From NCBI GenBank assembly GCA_963793865.1, contig CAWCBP010000010.1:45635-109634 (forward strand): a DNA stretch of 64,000 bases, read 5' to 3'. The stretch is from an uncultured delta proteobacterium. GTDB taxonomy: Bacteria; Desulfobacterota; WTBG01. The first letter of the stretch is position 1, and every line of letters begins with the position of its first letter. The notes under the pieces were generated by a model that was not told the origin of the DNA, did no database searches, and was given only the letters and a program-made list of their open reading frames with translations. Positions 54,747 to 64,000 of this stretch are shown here, one piece after another. The position numbers and the translations under genes are program-made.

Positions 54747-56807
54747 TTACCCAGCCCCTAATTTCCCCTTTCCCTCAAGCTCATCCGCTACGAAAGCGAG
54801 GTTCAATTCCTCAAGGGTCCTTCTTTTTGGCCATCCGGTTTCAACGTCCCAGCCCTCAAGCTGGTAATACAGAGTCTTAAACTCTTCAAATTTTTCCCTG
54901 TCCAAATAACGCCCGTTAACTTTCCGGTAAGTCCATTGCCCATCTTCAAACCAGGGCAGATAATAAGTAAGTGTCGGCCCATCACCTATAAAAGGTTCAC
55001 GGTAAATAAACTCGGAAAAGTGGACCATATCTCTATGCCGGCCCTGCAATGTCCAGATAGCATTATCAAGATTCCAAATTCTCTTCCCTACCCCGATCCC
55101 GTCGAGGAAACTTATGTCCTTTCCGGTAACTGCATTGAAAAATTTCTGTTCGCCCTCCCCGGTCATACCTGCATTGCCAGGACCTTTGGTGTTGATCAAA
55201 TCCGGCCAGCGGTTATCGCAATAAAGAATCGATTCTTTCCAGAATCGGGTGTAATGCCGGTGCCAGGCAACCAGTTTGGCGATATGTTCAGAGTAAATAT
55301 TTTCGTCACTTGCATTGAGCATTTGGAGATCATCTTCAAATGGTGCCATTTTACCGGTAATAATTTTAACAGCCTCTTCAGCTCCTAACGGTGGATTTCC
55401 TTTGGTCATAAAGGCCTTCCAGAAAATGGTTTGAAAACAGTGTTCGTTTATGTCCCGGTCGCCCAGTATCGAACCGTATCCCCATGAGACCTCTGCCCGG
55501 GGGTCATACGAATGGGTCGGTTGTCCCCAGTAGGCAAAGTTGAGAATTCCAGAACGCAAATCTTCCTCAAGACGGCCCCAGCGCTCCGCTGCCCGGTAGA
55601 ATCCTTCGGCAATGTCATCACCGATTCCTTGCCTGGTTACAATCAGGTTATACAGGTTTTCAAAAAACGCGACGGTTCTAGAGGGAACTTCACAATCAAT
55701 TTCCCGGCCAGGACCCAGCACACCTATATTTGCCAGTGCCTCCAGATACGGTCTCCCCTTTGATATCTCATTTGCGTTTATACCCAATTTTTGGAGCAGT
55801 CCCACGATAAGATATGCTTCACCACTTTCCTGTTCCTCTTTTGTGGAATAATAATATTGGGCAGTTTCAGTACACATTGAATCATTTTTCAGCGGATTTT
55901 CGGCCCGCTCATGACAGCCACGGTGACAACCCGGGCAGGCATGCAGTCGAGCATTGCCACCTTTGGGCATCAATATCTGGTCCGTTCCATCCACACCAAA
56001 CCATGTCCAATGCGTTTTCGAAGCGTACGTTTCCTCGGGGTTGTACAGGTCGTTCCCGTACTGACGCTGGGCCCAGAGACGGGCTTCAAACAAAGCCTGC
56101 GGGTCCGCAATTACAATATCCCTGGTCCCGATGACACTGATTGCTTTCAGGTTTTTTGATCCCCAGACACCGCCAAATCCCCCCTGACCGGCACTGTGCC
56201 CACCATCATGGTTCAAGGTAGCTATTCGGCTCAATACTTCCCCAGCCGGTCCGATTGCTACCACTGCCGGCCGCTGAGTGGTCCGGGTTTTACCGGTGCT
56301 GGAGTCAACCTCGATCCAGTCATCAAGATCATCCTGGCCGGTAACGCTCTTCCATATTTCCTGCTGGGTTTCCCAGGTGTCTAAACCCCACAGATCCCTA
56401 GCATCTCTGATCTGGACCTTATCATTGCGAATATCGATCCAAACCGGGTTCCCGGCCCGGCCCTGTATGGCAATACCGTCCCAGCCGGCATATTTGAGCA
56501 TGGAGGAAAACCGTCCGCCAAAATTGCTGCGGGTGAACCACTCCGGATAAGTATGTACCCCGATTCCCTGCACTTCTGTTCGCGAAGCGGCACCGGGTGC
56601 CATGGTGCCAGCAAGGGGAGATGTCATAAGGGTTACAACATTCGCAGGATCAAATCCGCTGATCGACTTGTCTTTGACCAGGTCCCAGAATATCTTTGAA
56701 CCCATTCCATGTCCGCCGCCCCACTCCTCGTAATCACGGGTGTCCAGGATGGCTATTTCCTGCAAGGTTAAATCTATTTTCAAGATCTTCCCCATATAAC
56801 CGTTCAT
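54747..56807 (-). CDS. aldehyde:ferredoxin oxidoreductase family protein (YdhV-like)
   Basis: NGYMGKILKIDL, SNFGG, YAGWDGI, IGPAGE, GGVWGSKNLKAI, CPGCHRGC, GWP. Confidence 0.9.
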   Translation of the reverse strand: MNGYMGKILKIDLTLQEIAILDTRDYEEWGGGHGMGSKIFWDLVKDKSISGFDPANVVTLMTSPLAGTMAPGAASRTEVQGIGVHTYPEWFTRSNFGGRFSSMLKYAGWDGIAIQGRAGNPVWIDIRNDKVQIRDARDLWGLDTWETQQEIWKSVTGQDDLDDWIEVDSSTGKTRTTQRPAVVAIGPAGEVLSRIATLNHDGGHSAGQGGFGGVWGSKNLKAISVIGTRDIVIADPQALFEARLWAQRQYGNDLYNPEETYASKTHWTWFGVDGTDQILMPKGGNARLHACPGCHRGCHERAENPLKNDSMCTETAQYYYSTKEEQESGEAYLIVGLLQKLGINANEISKGRPYLEALANIGVLGPGREIDCEVPSRTVAFFENLYNLIVTRQGIGDDIAEGFYRAAERWGRLEEDLRSGILNFAYWGQPTHSYDPRAEVSWGYGSILGDRDINEHCFQTIFWKAFMTKGNPPLGAEEAVKIITGKMAPFEDDLQMLNASDENIYSEHIAKLVAWHRHYTRFWKESILYCDNRWPDLINTKGPGNAGMTGEGEQKFFNAVTGKDISFLDGIGVGKRIWNLDNAIWTLQGRHRDMVHFSEFIYREPFIGDGPTLTYYLPWFEDGQWTYRKVNGRYLDREKFEEFKTLYYQLEGWDVETGWPKRRTLEELNLAFVADELEGKGKLGAG

Positions 56808-56837
56808 TAGAGATCCTCCATGGTTTATATGCCTCAG

Positions 56838-57524
56838 TTAATCGATGGTATAGCCAAGACGTTCCCATTCCTCGCCCCTGAGATTCACGTTGTACCCACC
56901 GTTGCCATCCTGGACCGGGGTATTCGTGGTAAAAACGATCGCATCCAGCGGGCAGATCTCAACACAGGCTTTTTTGCCATTAAGACCTCCCGTTTCGTTC
57001 CAGTAGGGAGTTTTTACACAGAGATCGCATTTTTGAGAATGTCTTTCCTCAAAATTCCAGATAGCCCTGCTGGGAGGATAGGGACAGGCATTTACACAGT
57101 TCATGCATCCTATACATTTTTCGGTGTCCACGGTAAGAATGTTATCGTAGTGAGGATCCCGCTTCAGTGCACCCACCGGACAAACGGGAACACACGCCGG
57201 TTCCACACACTGTCGGCACTGGGAAATGATCAAATCGTTGGGAAAACTTTCATGGGGATTTTGTAATATCTGGATTCTTGAGAGTGAGAGATTTTCTACA
57301 CCATGATGTACCAGAGAGCACGCCAGCATACACGACATGCACCCCTGGCACTTTTTCATGTCGACAAGCAGATAGCCCCGTTTCCGGTTTCCATAGGGGC
57401 CGAGATCACAACCCGCAACGTAAACACTTACAAGGGTGAGACCCGAATATTTCAAAAAGTCTCTGCGCGAAACCGCCACGGTTTTTTTGTTTGCTGCATC
57501 ATCCAGATTACTCATGATTACCAC
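56838..57524 (-). CDS. 4x[4Fe-4S] ferredoxin-type subunit with Tat/lipoprotein signal (YdhY/DmsB-like)
   Basis: SRRDFLK...VAGC; CQGCMSCMLAC, CRQCVEPAC..CP, CIGCMNCVNACP, CDLC..CVEICP. Confidence 0.9.
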   Translation of the reverse strand: MVIMSNLDDAANKKTVAVSRRDFLKYSGLTLVSVYVAGCDLGPYGNRKRGYLLVDMKKCQGCMSCMLACSLVHHGVENLSLSRIQILQNPHESFPNDLIISQCRQCVEPACVPVCPVGALKRDPHYDNILTVDTEKCIGCMNCVNACPYPPSRAIWNFEERHSQKCDLCVKTPYWNETGGLNGKKACVEICPLDAIVFTTNTPVQDGNGGYNVNLRGEEWERLGYTID

Positions 57525-57622
57525 CTTTTGATTAGTTTGTTTGCGCCGGTAGCTGGGCGGAGTAAAAGGTGGATCTGAGGATTTGTGATGAGATTTTAAA
57601 AGTGAGGGTGCTGCCGTTATTT

Positions 57623-58210
57623 TTATTTTTTGCCGGCACCAGTTATAACCAGGTGTATGACTTCGTTAATCCGTTCAACACATTGCTTTTTAGTTTTTAT
57701 AATTCCATTGGCCCAGTATATGACATACATGGTATAGAACCCGAATATCATTTCTGCCAAACCGCCGCGAGTCTATGTCCTGTCGAATTTCATCCCGTTG
57801 TTTTGCCCGATCGATTAATTCCGTCACCAGCTGCACAAGAACAAGCTCATTCTTATTCTTTCCCGTGCCTATTTTACAAATCCGCTCCTTAACAGAACTT
57901 TGGTAAATTCTTTATTGGGAAATATATGTTTAATATAGGCGGGAATCACCAGTCCCAGCTGCTCAGCAATGGTTTTCGCTGAGCCCAAGTTGCGCTCAAT
58001 CTCGTCGCCGCTTTTTACAATTTCTTTATCAAGAAAGTAGAGCAGCACGTCTTCCTTCTTTTCAAAAAAATTATAGAACGTCCCCTTCGCAATTTTTGCT
58101 CTCCGGGCAATGCTTTCCACACTGGTCATTTCAAAGCCTTTTTTTGTGAAAAGATCTATTGCTGCTTTCAAAATATGCTCACGCTTGTTTTCTTTTATTG
58201 ACTCGCGCAT
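57623..58210 (-). pseudogene. TetR-family regulator, paralog of 36971-37573; two frameshifts (~57890, ~57760)
   Basis: HTH near-identical to first TetR; other frames restore KERICKIGTGKNKNEL and EMIFGFYTMYVIYWANGIIKTKKQC matching the paralog. Confidence 0.8.
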
Positions 58211-58288
58211 GCCCTGTATAGCCCTCCCTTCCGCCTGTTTCTTTGCCTGCGTACCATCATAAACGCACACCGGTTGCCCGCCCATTCA

Positions 58289-59128
58289 TTACGCGCCGGC
58301 ATCATCATGGGTTATTTTTATAATAACACCGTCCAGCAGCAGCTTCCTGTTCCTGGTGTTCAGAGAAATCAGATAGCTCTGTTCCCGGACGAATGGCACG
58401 AGGTACGGCAGACAGTAGGTGATAAAATTTTCTTCGAGAATGCTGTTGGTAAAAGCCTGCTTTTGAATGCCGGGCGCTTTTTTTCCGCTGCGCTGGTTGA
58501 ACGGCACGTGGGGAGTTGTTTCATACCCGTGCAGATGGGGAAGAATATCCAGCGCATCCCGGGGAATGGTTCCCAGAAACCTGGTGGACGTGCGCTCGTA
58601 AAAGCGCGGGCTTCCCACCTCCTTTACAAAGCTGCGCCCCTTTTTGTCAATTCTTATTTTTTTATAATTGGTCCCGGCTCCGGGAAGGGCACGGGGCAGA
58701 TTCTTTTGCAGCGCAAGGTCATAGAGACCGATCGTCATTGATGCTAATGCGGCGATCGAATGGCGGTGTTCATTACAGCCCAGCCCGCTCAGAATGTAGT
58801 CATAGTAGTTAAGCGCTGTCTGGTGACGCGCTTTTTGCTGCTGTTCCAGCTGCGCGGCAAGCTCCTGCGCCCTGCCCCGGGTAGTGCGGTAAAGCCGCTG
58901 AACATAGCGCTCTTTGTATGCGGCAAATCGTTCCTGATCCTTCCGGTAATCCAGCATCTCAAAGGACAGGTTTACTTCGATGGCCTTTTTATGCGAACCG
59001 CCGCGGTCCGGATGATATATGGTCTGCAGCGCCCGGTAGGCCGACCTGACCAGCACAAACAGGTCCTCGTCGCCGAGCCTGCTGCACATCTCCGGGGAAA
59101 TGCCCAGTATCGCAAACGGATTTTTCAT
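58289..59128 (-). CDS. J-domain (class C) protein
   Basis: [23 protein letters not shown]. Confidence 0.8.
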   Translation of the reverse strand: MKNPFAILGISPEMCSRLGDEDLFVLVRSAYRALQTIYHPDRGGSHKKAIEVNLSFEMLDYRKDQERFAAYKERYVQRLYRTTRGRAQELAAQLEQQQKARHQTALNYYDYILSGLGCNEHRHSIAALASMTIGLYDLALQKNLPRALPGAGTNYKKIRIDKKGRSFVKEVGSPRFYERTSTRFLGTIPRDALDILPHLHGYETTPHVPFNQRSGKKAPGIQKQAFTNSILEENFITYCLPYLVPFVREQSYLISLNTRNRKLLLDGVIIKITHDDAGA

Positions 59129-59813
59129 GCGGCCCGGTATGGTGCGGGATCACGCACGCACGCTTCCGGAAACCCTTGCGCCGCAGCAGGCAGCTGTCAC
59201 AGCGGCCGCAGGCTTTTCCGTCAGGGCCGGGGTCATAACAGGAGTGGGTCAGCGCGTAATCAACGCCGAGCTCGATTCCCCGCCGGATAATCTCGGCCTT
59301 GGTGAGGTGCACAAGCGGCGCGTGAATGGTGATCTTTCCCGCACCTTCCACCGTGGCCTTGAGCGCAAGATTTGCCATGCGTTCAAACGCCGCAATATAC
59401 TCCGGCCTGCAGTCCGGATAGCCGCTGTAATCAAGGGCGTTCACCCCGATAAAAATATCAAACACCCCCAGCACCTCAGCCCATGCAAGGGCGCATGACA
59501 GAAATATGGTGTTTCGCGCCGGAACATAGGTGGCCGGTATTGCCCGGGACATTTCCTCACTGCCCCGGTCCCTGGGCACATCAATCCTGGCGGTGAGCGC
59601 CGAGCCGCCGATCGCCTTCAAATCGATATCAAGGACAAGGTATTTTTTCGCAGCCAGCGCTTCAGCCGCGGCCCGGGCTTTTTCCAGCTCTATGGCATGC
59701 CGCTGGCCATAGCTGAAACTCAGTGCATACACGCCGTACCCTTCGGCGCGCGCGATGGCCATGGTGGTAACCGAATCAACACCGCCGCTGAGCAGCACGA
59801 CTGCTTCTTTCAT
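59125..59813 (-). CDS. queC: 7-cyano-7-deazaguanine synthase; 1-nt frameshift near 59165, true stop overlaps next ATG
   Basis: [35 protein letters not shown]; alternate frame [12 protein letters not shown] at 59125. Confidence 0.95.
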
Positions 59814-60031
59814 GACCGGACCTGATTATCTGTGGAATGGATGTGTGACATGTTGAGACGCTGACCGCTTCACCGAAAGCGTATTATAACAGAATTCATC
59901 TGCAACGTCACAAAAAAGGCAGAACCGCGGCCGTTATGGCTGGCAGATTGTATCGCGCGAGGTTTGATGAATATTTTACGGGGCGGCTGGTCAAATTGAA
60001 AGCATACCAAAGGCCGCAGGCTTAATAAATT

Positions 60032-60784
60032 TTACTGGCTGAGGCGTTCCATCTCCTCTTCGGGAATATCAAAGTTTGCATATACTTTTTGCGTGTCATC
60101 CAGATCTTCCAGCGCCTCCATAAGCCGCAGCACCTGTTCCGCTTCCTTGCCCACGACCTTGATGGTGTTCTGTGGAACCATGCTCACTTCAGCCATGGAA
60201 CAGAGAGGAAGGCCGCTGGCATCGAGCTTTTCCTTCACCTTGAAGAAATCCTTCGGGTCGGTTGTTACTTCAAGCACGGTGCCCTCATCCCGGACATCAT
60301 CCGCGCCCGCGTCGAGTGCCAGTTCCATCAGCTTCTCTTCATCCACAGCGCCCCGGTCATACTGGATAACTCCTTTTTTCTGGAACATCCATGCAACGCA
60401 GCCGGACTCACCCATGTTGCCATTGTGTTTGGTGAAAGCGTGCCGCAGCTCCGCGGTGGCCCGGTTCTTGTTATCCGTCATCACTTCAACCATGATCGCC
60501 ACACCGCCCGGCCCGTAGCCCTCATAGGTATATTCTTCAATGGTGAACCCTTCAAGCTCGCCGGTGCCCTTCTTGATTGCCCGGTCAATATTATCCTTGG
60601 GCATGTTTTCTGCCTTGGCAGCTAAAACAGCTGTCCGCAGACGCGGGTTGCCGTTCACGTCGCCACCGCCGATGCGTGCGGCAATGGTTATTTCTTTAAT
60701 GAGCCGGGTAAAAATTCTTCCCCGCTTTGCATCGATGGCGCCTTTTTTCCGCTTGATGGTGCTCCACTTGGAATGGCCTGACAT
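60032..60784 (-). CDS. yebC: YebC/PmpR family protein
   Basis: [29 protein letters not shown]. Confidence 0.97.
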   Translation of the reverse strand: MSGHSKWSTIKRKKGAIDAKRGRIFTRLIKEITIAARIGGGDVNGNPRLRTAVLAAKAENMPKDNIDRAIKKGTGELEGFTIEEYTYEGYGPGGVAIMVEVMTDNKNRATAELRHAFTKHNGNMGESGCVAWMFQKKGVIQYDRGAVDEEKLMELALDAGADDVRDEGTVLEVTTDPKDFFKVKEKLDASGLPLCSMAEVSMVPQNTIKVVGKEAEQVLRLMEALEDLDDTQKVYANFDIPEEEMERLSQ

Positions 60785-60834
60785 AGTTTTCTCCAGATAA
60801 TCAATTAATGTGGGCTATGCTTTATTTTTTAATA

Positions 60835-60863
60835 ACTATATGAAAATTCTGAAAATGTGTCAA
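60835..60863 (-). promoter_or_regulatory. sigma70 promoter of yebC
   Basis: TTGACA-17 nt-TATAGT on minus strand. Confidence 0.7.
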
Positions 60864-61060
60864 TAAGTTTGGAGTATAGAACGTGAAAAATATGGCTATC
60901 AAAACCACCGCGTGAGACACAGTACATCCCGCTCAAAGCTTATCAGCAGAACGCCAAGTAACACATCATAAAATGTCTGTGCTTTTTCTGTACCGTGAAA
61001 TATTTTCATCACTTTTTTTCTCCATAGCTTATCATGGTATTTCTGTGTACAGTATTTCAG

Positions 61061-61089
61061 TTGACACAAAATTATTGAAGCCGTATCAT
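61061..61089 (+). promoter_or_regulatory. sigma70 promoter of response regulator
   Basis: TTGACA-17 nt-TATCAT. Confidence 0.7.
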
Positions 61090-61132
61090 TATGTTATAAA
61101 ATGAGAGCATTATTAATTAAAAGGAAAGAGAA

Positions 61133-62128
61133 ATGAAAAATATTTTAATAGTTGAAGATGAGGCAAACGTAAGAGAGTCACTCAGGAACTGGCTGATCGA
61201 GCTGGGTTGTCAGGTAGAGGTTACTTCTGACGGGGAAGAAGCATTAACACGGATTTCTGAAAAAGAGTTCGATCTGGTAATATTAGATTTAAGACTGCCG
61301 GGAAAAGATGGGCTGCAGGTATTAAGGGAGGCCCGGCTTAAGAAGCCAAAGCTGAACGGCATTATTTTAACTGCCTACCCCACCGTGGCAACCATGGCAG
61401 AAGCAGTGGAAATAGGGGCTGTTGATTTTTTAAGCAAACCAATAAATCTTCCCAAGCTGGAAAAATTGATCCAGGAGAAAACCGAACTGGTGAAGCTGAA
61501 AATGAAACCCATCCTGATTGTGGATGACGAAACAAGCATGCGGGAATCTCTCCGGGATTGGTTTATAGAATCAGGCTATCAGGCGGAAACAGCCCGCGAC
61601 GGTGAGGAAGCACTTAAATTGATAGGTGATAAGAATTACGGACTTCTTATCCTGGATCTGAAACTCCCGGGAGAAGATGGCATTGAAATCTTAAAAAAAG
61701 CGCGGAGCAGCCACCCGGACCTTAGAGGGATCATCATCACTGCTTATCCTTCCGTTGATACGGCAAGAGAAGCTATAAAACAGGGGGCGATCGATTACCT
61801 GCCCAAACCGTTTGAGCTTTCCGAACTGGAAAAATTAGTCGAAGAGAACATCGCACCAGCAGACGTCGAAATCATGCGGCAGCCGGTTCACAAACATGCC
61901 GTTGCCGCTATCCTGAAAGTTTTGACCCGCGCTGCAGAAGATAGCGACTTTGTTTCCGGCTTAGCGGAAAACCCGGAAGAGACGCTTGCGGAGTATACGG
62001 ACCTCTCCACAGAAGAAAAGGAAGCATTAATTGACGGAGACATCAAAACAATAGAAACCTGGGTTGGCAAGCTTGACCAGCGGAGAGCTACGTGGCTGTG
62101 GTGCCGGTTAAGTCAGGAAAAATGGTAA
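61133..62128 (+). CDS. tandem REC-REC response regulator with small C-terminal helical domain
   Basis: two receiver domains (ILIVEDE..ILDLRLPG..TAY..KP; ILIVDDE..ILDLKLPG..TAY..KP). Confidence 0.88.
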   Translation: MKNILIVEDEANVRESLRNWLIELGCQVEVTSDGEEALTRISEKEFDLVILDLRLPGKDGLQVLREARLKKPKLNGIILTAYPTVATMAEAVEIGAVDFLSKPINLPKLEKLIQEKTELVKLKMKPILIVDDETSMRESLRDWFIESGYQAETARDGEEALKLIGDKNYGLLILDLKLPGEDGIEILKKARSSHPDLRGIIITAYPSVDTAREAIKQGAIDYLPKPFELSELEKLVEENIAPADVEIMRQPVHKHAVAAILKVLTRAAEDSDFVSGLAENPEETLAEYTDLSTEEKEALIDGDIKTIETWVGKLDQRRATWLWCRLSQEKW

Positions 62129-62245
62129 CGGTTTTACTGAACGCACGTTCTCCCTGTAACGCTATTCTAAACAAAGTCACGACCTCCCGCCTGGTTCCCA
62201 ACCTGTGATCTATTCATAAATTACATACACCGTTCTTAAGAGCTC

Positions 62246-64000
62246 ATGGGCCATAAAGATTTATCCGGTATCTTATCTCGCATCCCTCTGGTTAACCGCC
62301 TTTCACTGCGCACAAAACTGGTTTTCAGCTATCTTTTTGTGGTAATTGCCGGAGGTATCCTTTCCTCCCTTATCGGCACCAGCCTCGTGGCGGATACGAT
62401 TATCTCCCAGGCCCGCAATAAGGTCACACACGACCTGAGTACCGCATGGCTGATCTACAATCAATCGCTGGGCAGTCTGCAGAATGTTGTTCAACTGACT
62501 GCCTCTGGCCGGACCCTCCCTGATTTTATTGAGACCAAACAATGGGACCGGCTGGAAGACTTCCTCATCAAGCGGCGCAAAGATTTCAGTCTGGACATTC
62601 TAACTCTTGTGGATGCGCAGGGAAAAGTTCTTGTGCGGACACACCATCCATTCCTTATTGGAGACTCGCAGCGCTCTGATCCTCTCATCCAGCAAGCTCT
62701 GCATGGTGAGCCGGCTGCTTCCACCGCCATTGTGCCCCGAGAAGAGCTGCAGAAGGAAAGAAATGATCTGGCGGAGCAAGCGGTTATTCTGTTTGTTTCC
62801 ACCCCAAAAGCACGAGAAATCCCTGTCCAGAAAGAGACGTCGGGGATGATGCTGAAGGCCGCGTCTCCCATCTGGAATGAAGCGGGCCGGCTGATTGGGG
62901 TGCTTTACGGTGGGGTGCTGCTGAATCGCAACTATGAAATCGTCGACAAAGTGCGGGACCTGCTCTATGGTGAAGGCCGCTATAAAGGCAAGGAGACCGG
63001 GACCGCCACCATCTTTCAGGGTGATGTGCGCATTGCCACCAATGTGCTGAACGAAAGCGGCCAGCGGGCCATTGGAACGCTGTTATCGGAAACAGTTTAC
63101 AATGCGGTCTTCGTGCGCGGAGAGCAATGGCTCGACAGGGCGTTCGTTGTCCATGACTGGTATCTCACCGGTTACAAACCAATCAGGGATATTACCGGCA
63201 GGATTGTGGGAATTCTTTATGTCGGCATACTCGAGGCCCCCTATGTCGATCTGCGCAATAAAGTGGTCATGAGTTTCTTTGCCATCGGTGTTTTTGGGGT
63301 GCTTTTTGTCCTTCTTTTCTCCTTTTTCATAACAACGGGAATCATTCGGCCGCTCCGTGAAATGGTGGTAGCAACCGACAAGATTGCAAATGGGGATCTC
63401 TCGATAGAACTCTCCATTCCCTCACAGGATGAAATCGGCCAGCTGGCGGCATCCTTCAATCATATGTCCATACACCTCAAGCAGGCGCGCCAGGAACTGG
63501 AGGATTATGGCCGGAGACTGGAGGAGAAAGTGAAAGAGCGTACGCAGCAGCTCAGCGAAATCCAGTCCCATCTTATGCAATCGGAGAAACTTGCTTCCAT
63601 GGGTCAGTTAGCAGCATCCATTGCACATGAAGTGAATAATCCGTTAAGCGGGGTCCTCATTTACAACCAGTTAATCATCAAAAAAATAGCCCAGGGAGAT
63701 ATTAATAAATTTGCTATCCTTGGTTATCTCTCAAAAATGGAACACGAACTGACGCGCAGCACCAAATTAATACGTAATCTGCTTGATTTTGCTGTCCAGT
63801 CAGAGCCTAACATGAAAGAAGTGGATGCAAATGAGACTCTCAATCAATGCCTGGAACTGGCAATTCACACGGGATCGCCCAAAATTCAGGTTGAAAAATT
63901 TTTCGCTTCCGCGCCGCGCATTACTGCAGACCCTGACCAGCTTCAGCAGGTTTTTATCAATTTGATTATGAATGCTCTGCAGGCAATGCCGGATGGCGGC
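62246..64000 (+). CDS. Cache-HAMP sensor histidine kinase, runs off window end (absent from ORF track)
   Basis: open frame from ATG 62246: TM, TATIFQGDVRIATNV Cache motif, HAMP (DEIGQLA), SEKLASMGQLAASIAHEVNNPL in frame at 63623, QVFINLIMNA. Confidence 0.9.
   Translation, partial: MGHKDLSGILSRIPLVNRLSLRTKLVFSYLFVVIAGGILSSLIGTSLVADTIISQARNKVTHDLSTAWLIYNQSLGSLQNVVQLTASGRTLPDFIETKQWDRLEDFLIKRRKDFSLDILTLVDAQGKVLVRTHHPFLIGDSQRSDPLIQQALHGEPAASTAIVPREELQKERNDLAEQAVILFVSTPKAREIPVQKETSGMMLKAASPIWNEAGRLIGVLYGGVLLNRNYEIVDKVRDLLYGEGRYKGKETGTATIFQGDVRIATNVLNESGQRAIGTLLSETVYNAVFVRGEQWLDRAFVVHDWYLTGYKPIRDITGRIVGILYVGILEAPYVDLRNKVVMSFFAIGVFGVLFVLLFSFFITTGIIRPLREMVVATDKIANGDLSIELSIPSQDEIGQLAASFNHMSIHLKQARQELEDYGRRLEEKVKERTQQLSEIQSHLMQSEKLASMGQLAASIAHEVNNPLSGVLIYNQLIIKKIAQGDINKFAILGYLSKMEHELTRSTKLIRNLLDFAVQSEPNMKEVDANETLNQCLELAIHTGSPKIQVEKFFASAPRITADPDQLQQVFINLIMNALQAMPDGG

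Noticed and set aside
58989..59124. Apparent C-terminal extension of QueC overlapping the J-domain gene
   Set aside because: Artefact of a 1-nt frameshift; natural stop at 59125

Overview
Chromosomal window from an anaerobic deltaproteobacterium (Desulfobacterota-like; inferred from gene content and 16S/tmRNA style, not from a database search). The left part carries a GlrK/QseG/GlrR-like kinase-lipoprotein-sigma54 regulator operon facing a sigma54-promoter-driven fibronectin-III/repeat protein gene. It continues with ssrA-smpB, pth-rplY-prs-tRNA-Gln-ispE, zapB-zapA-6S RNA-rny-tyrS and a complete rRNA operon (16S, tRNA-Ile, tRNA-Ala, 23S, 5S). The right part is accessory metabolism: vapBC, TPP-dependent E1 alpha/beta plus a phosphotriesterase-like gene, an NlpC/P60-CapA fusion, a FAD-oxidase/CCG Fe-S operon with a TetR operator, acyl-CoA enzymes, an MFS transporter, two aldehyde:ferredoxin oxidoreductases, glgB, tatD, queC, yebC and a two-component pair. 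About ten genes carry single-base frameshifts, mostly in or next to homopolymers, which most likely reflects long-read consensus error. The most striking unexplained feature is a ~410-nt non-coding segment between 6S RNA and the RNase Y gene (15472-15877). It folds by eye into a series of nested long-range helices with G-U pairs on the + strand, making it a candidate large structured RNA or RNase Y leader. Intergenic regions also contain several REP-like and 7/9-mer repeat families, and a duplicated sigma70 promoter flanks the NlpC/P60-CapA gene.
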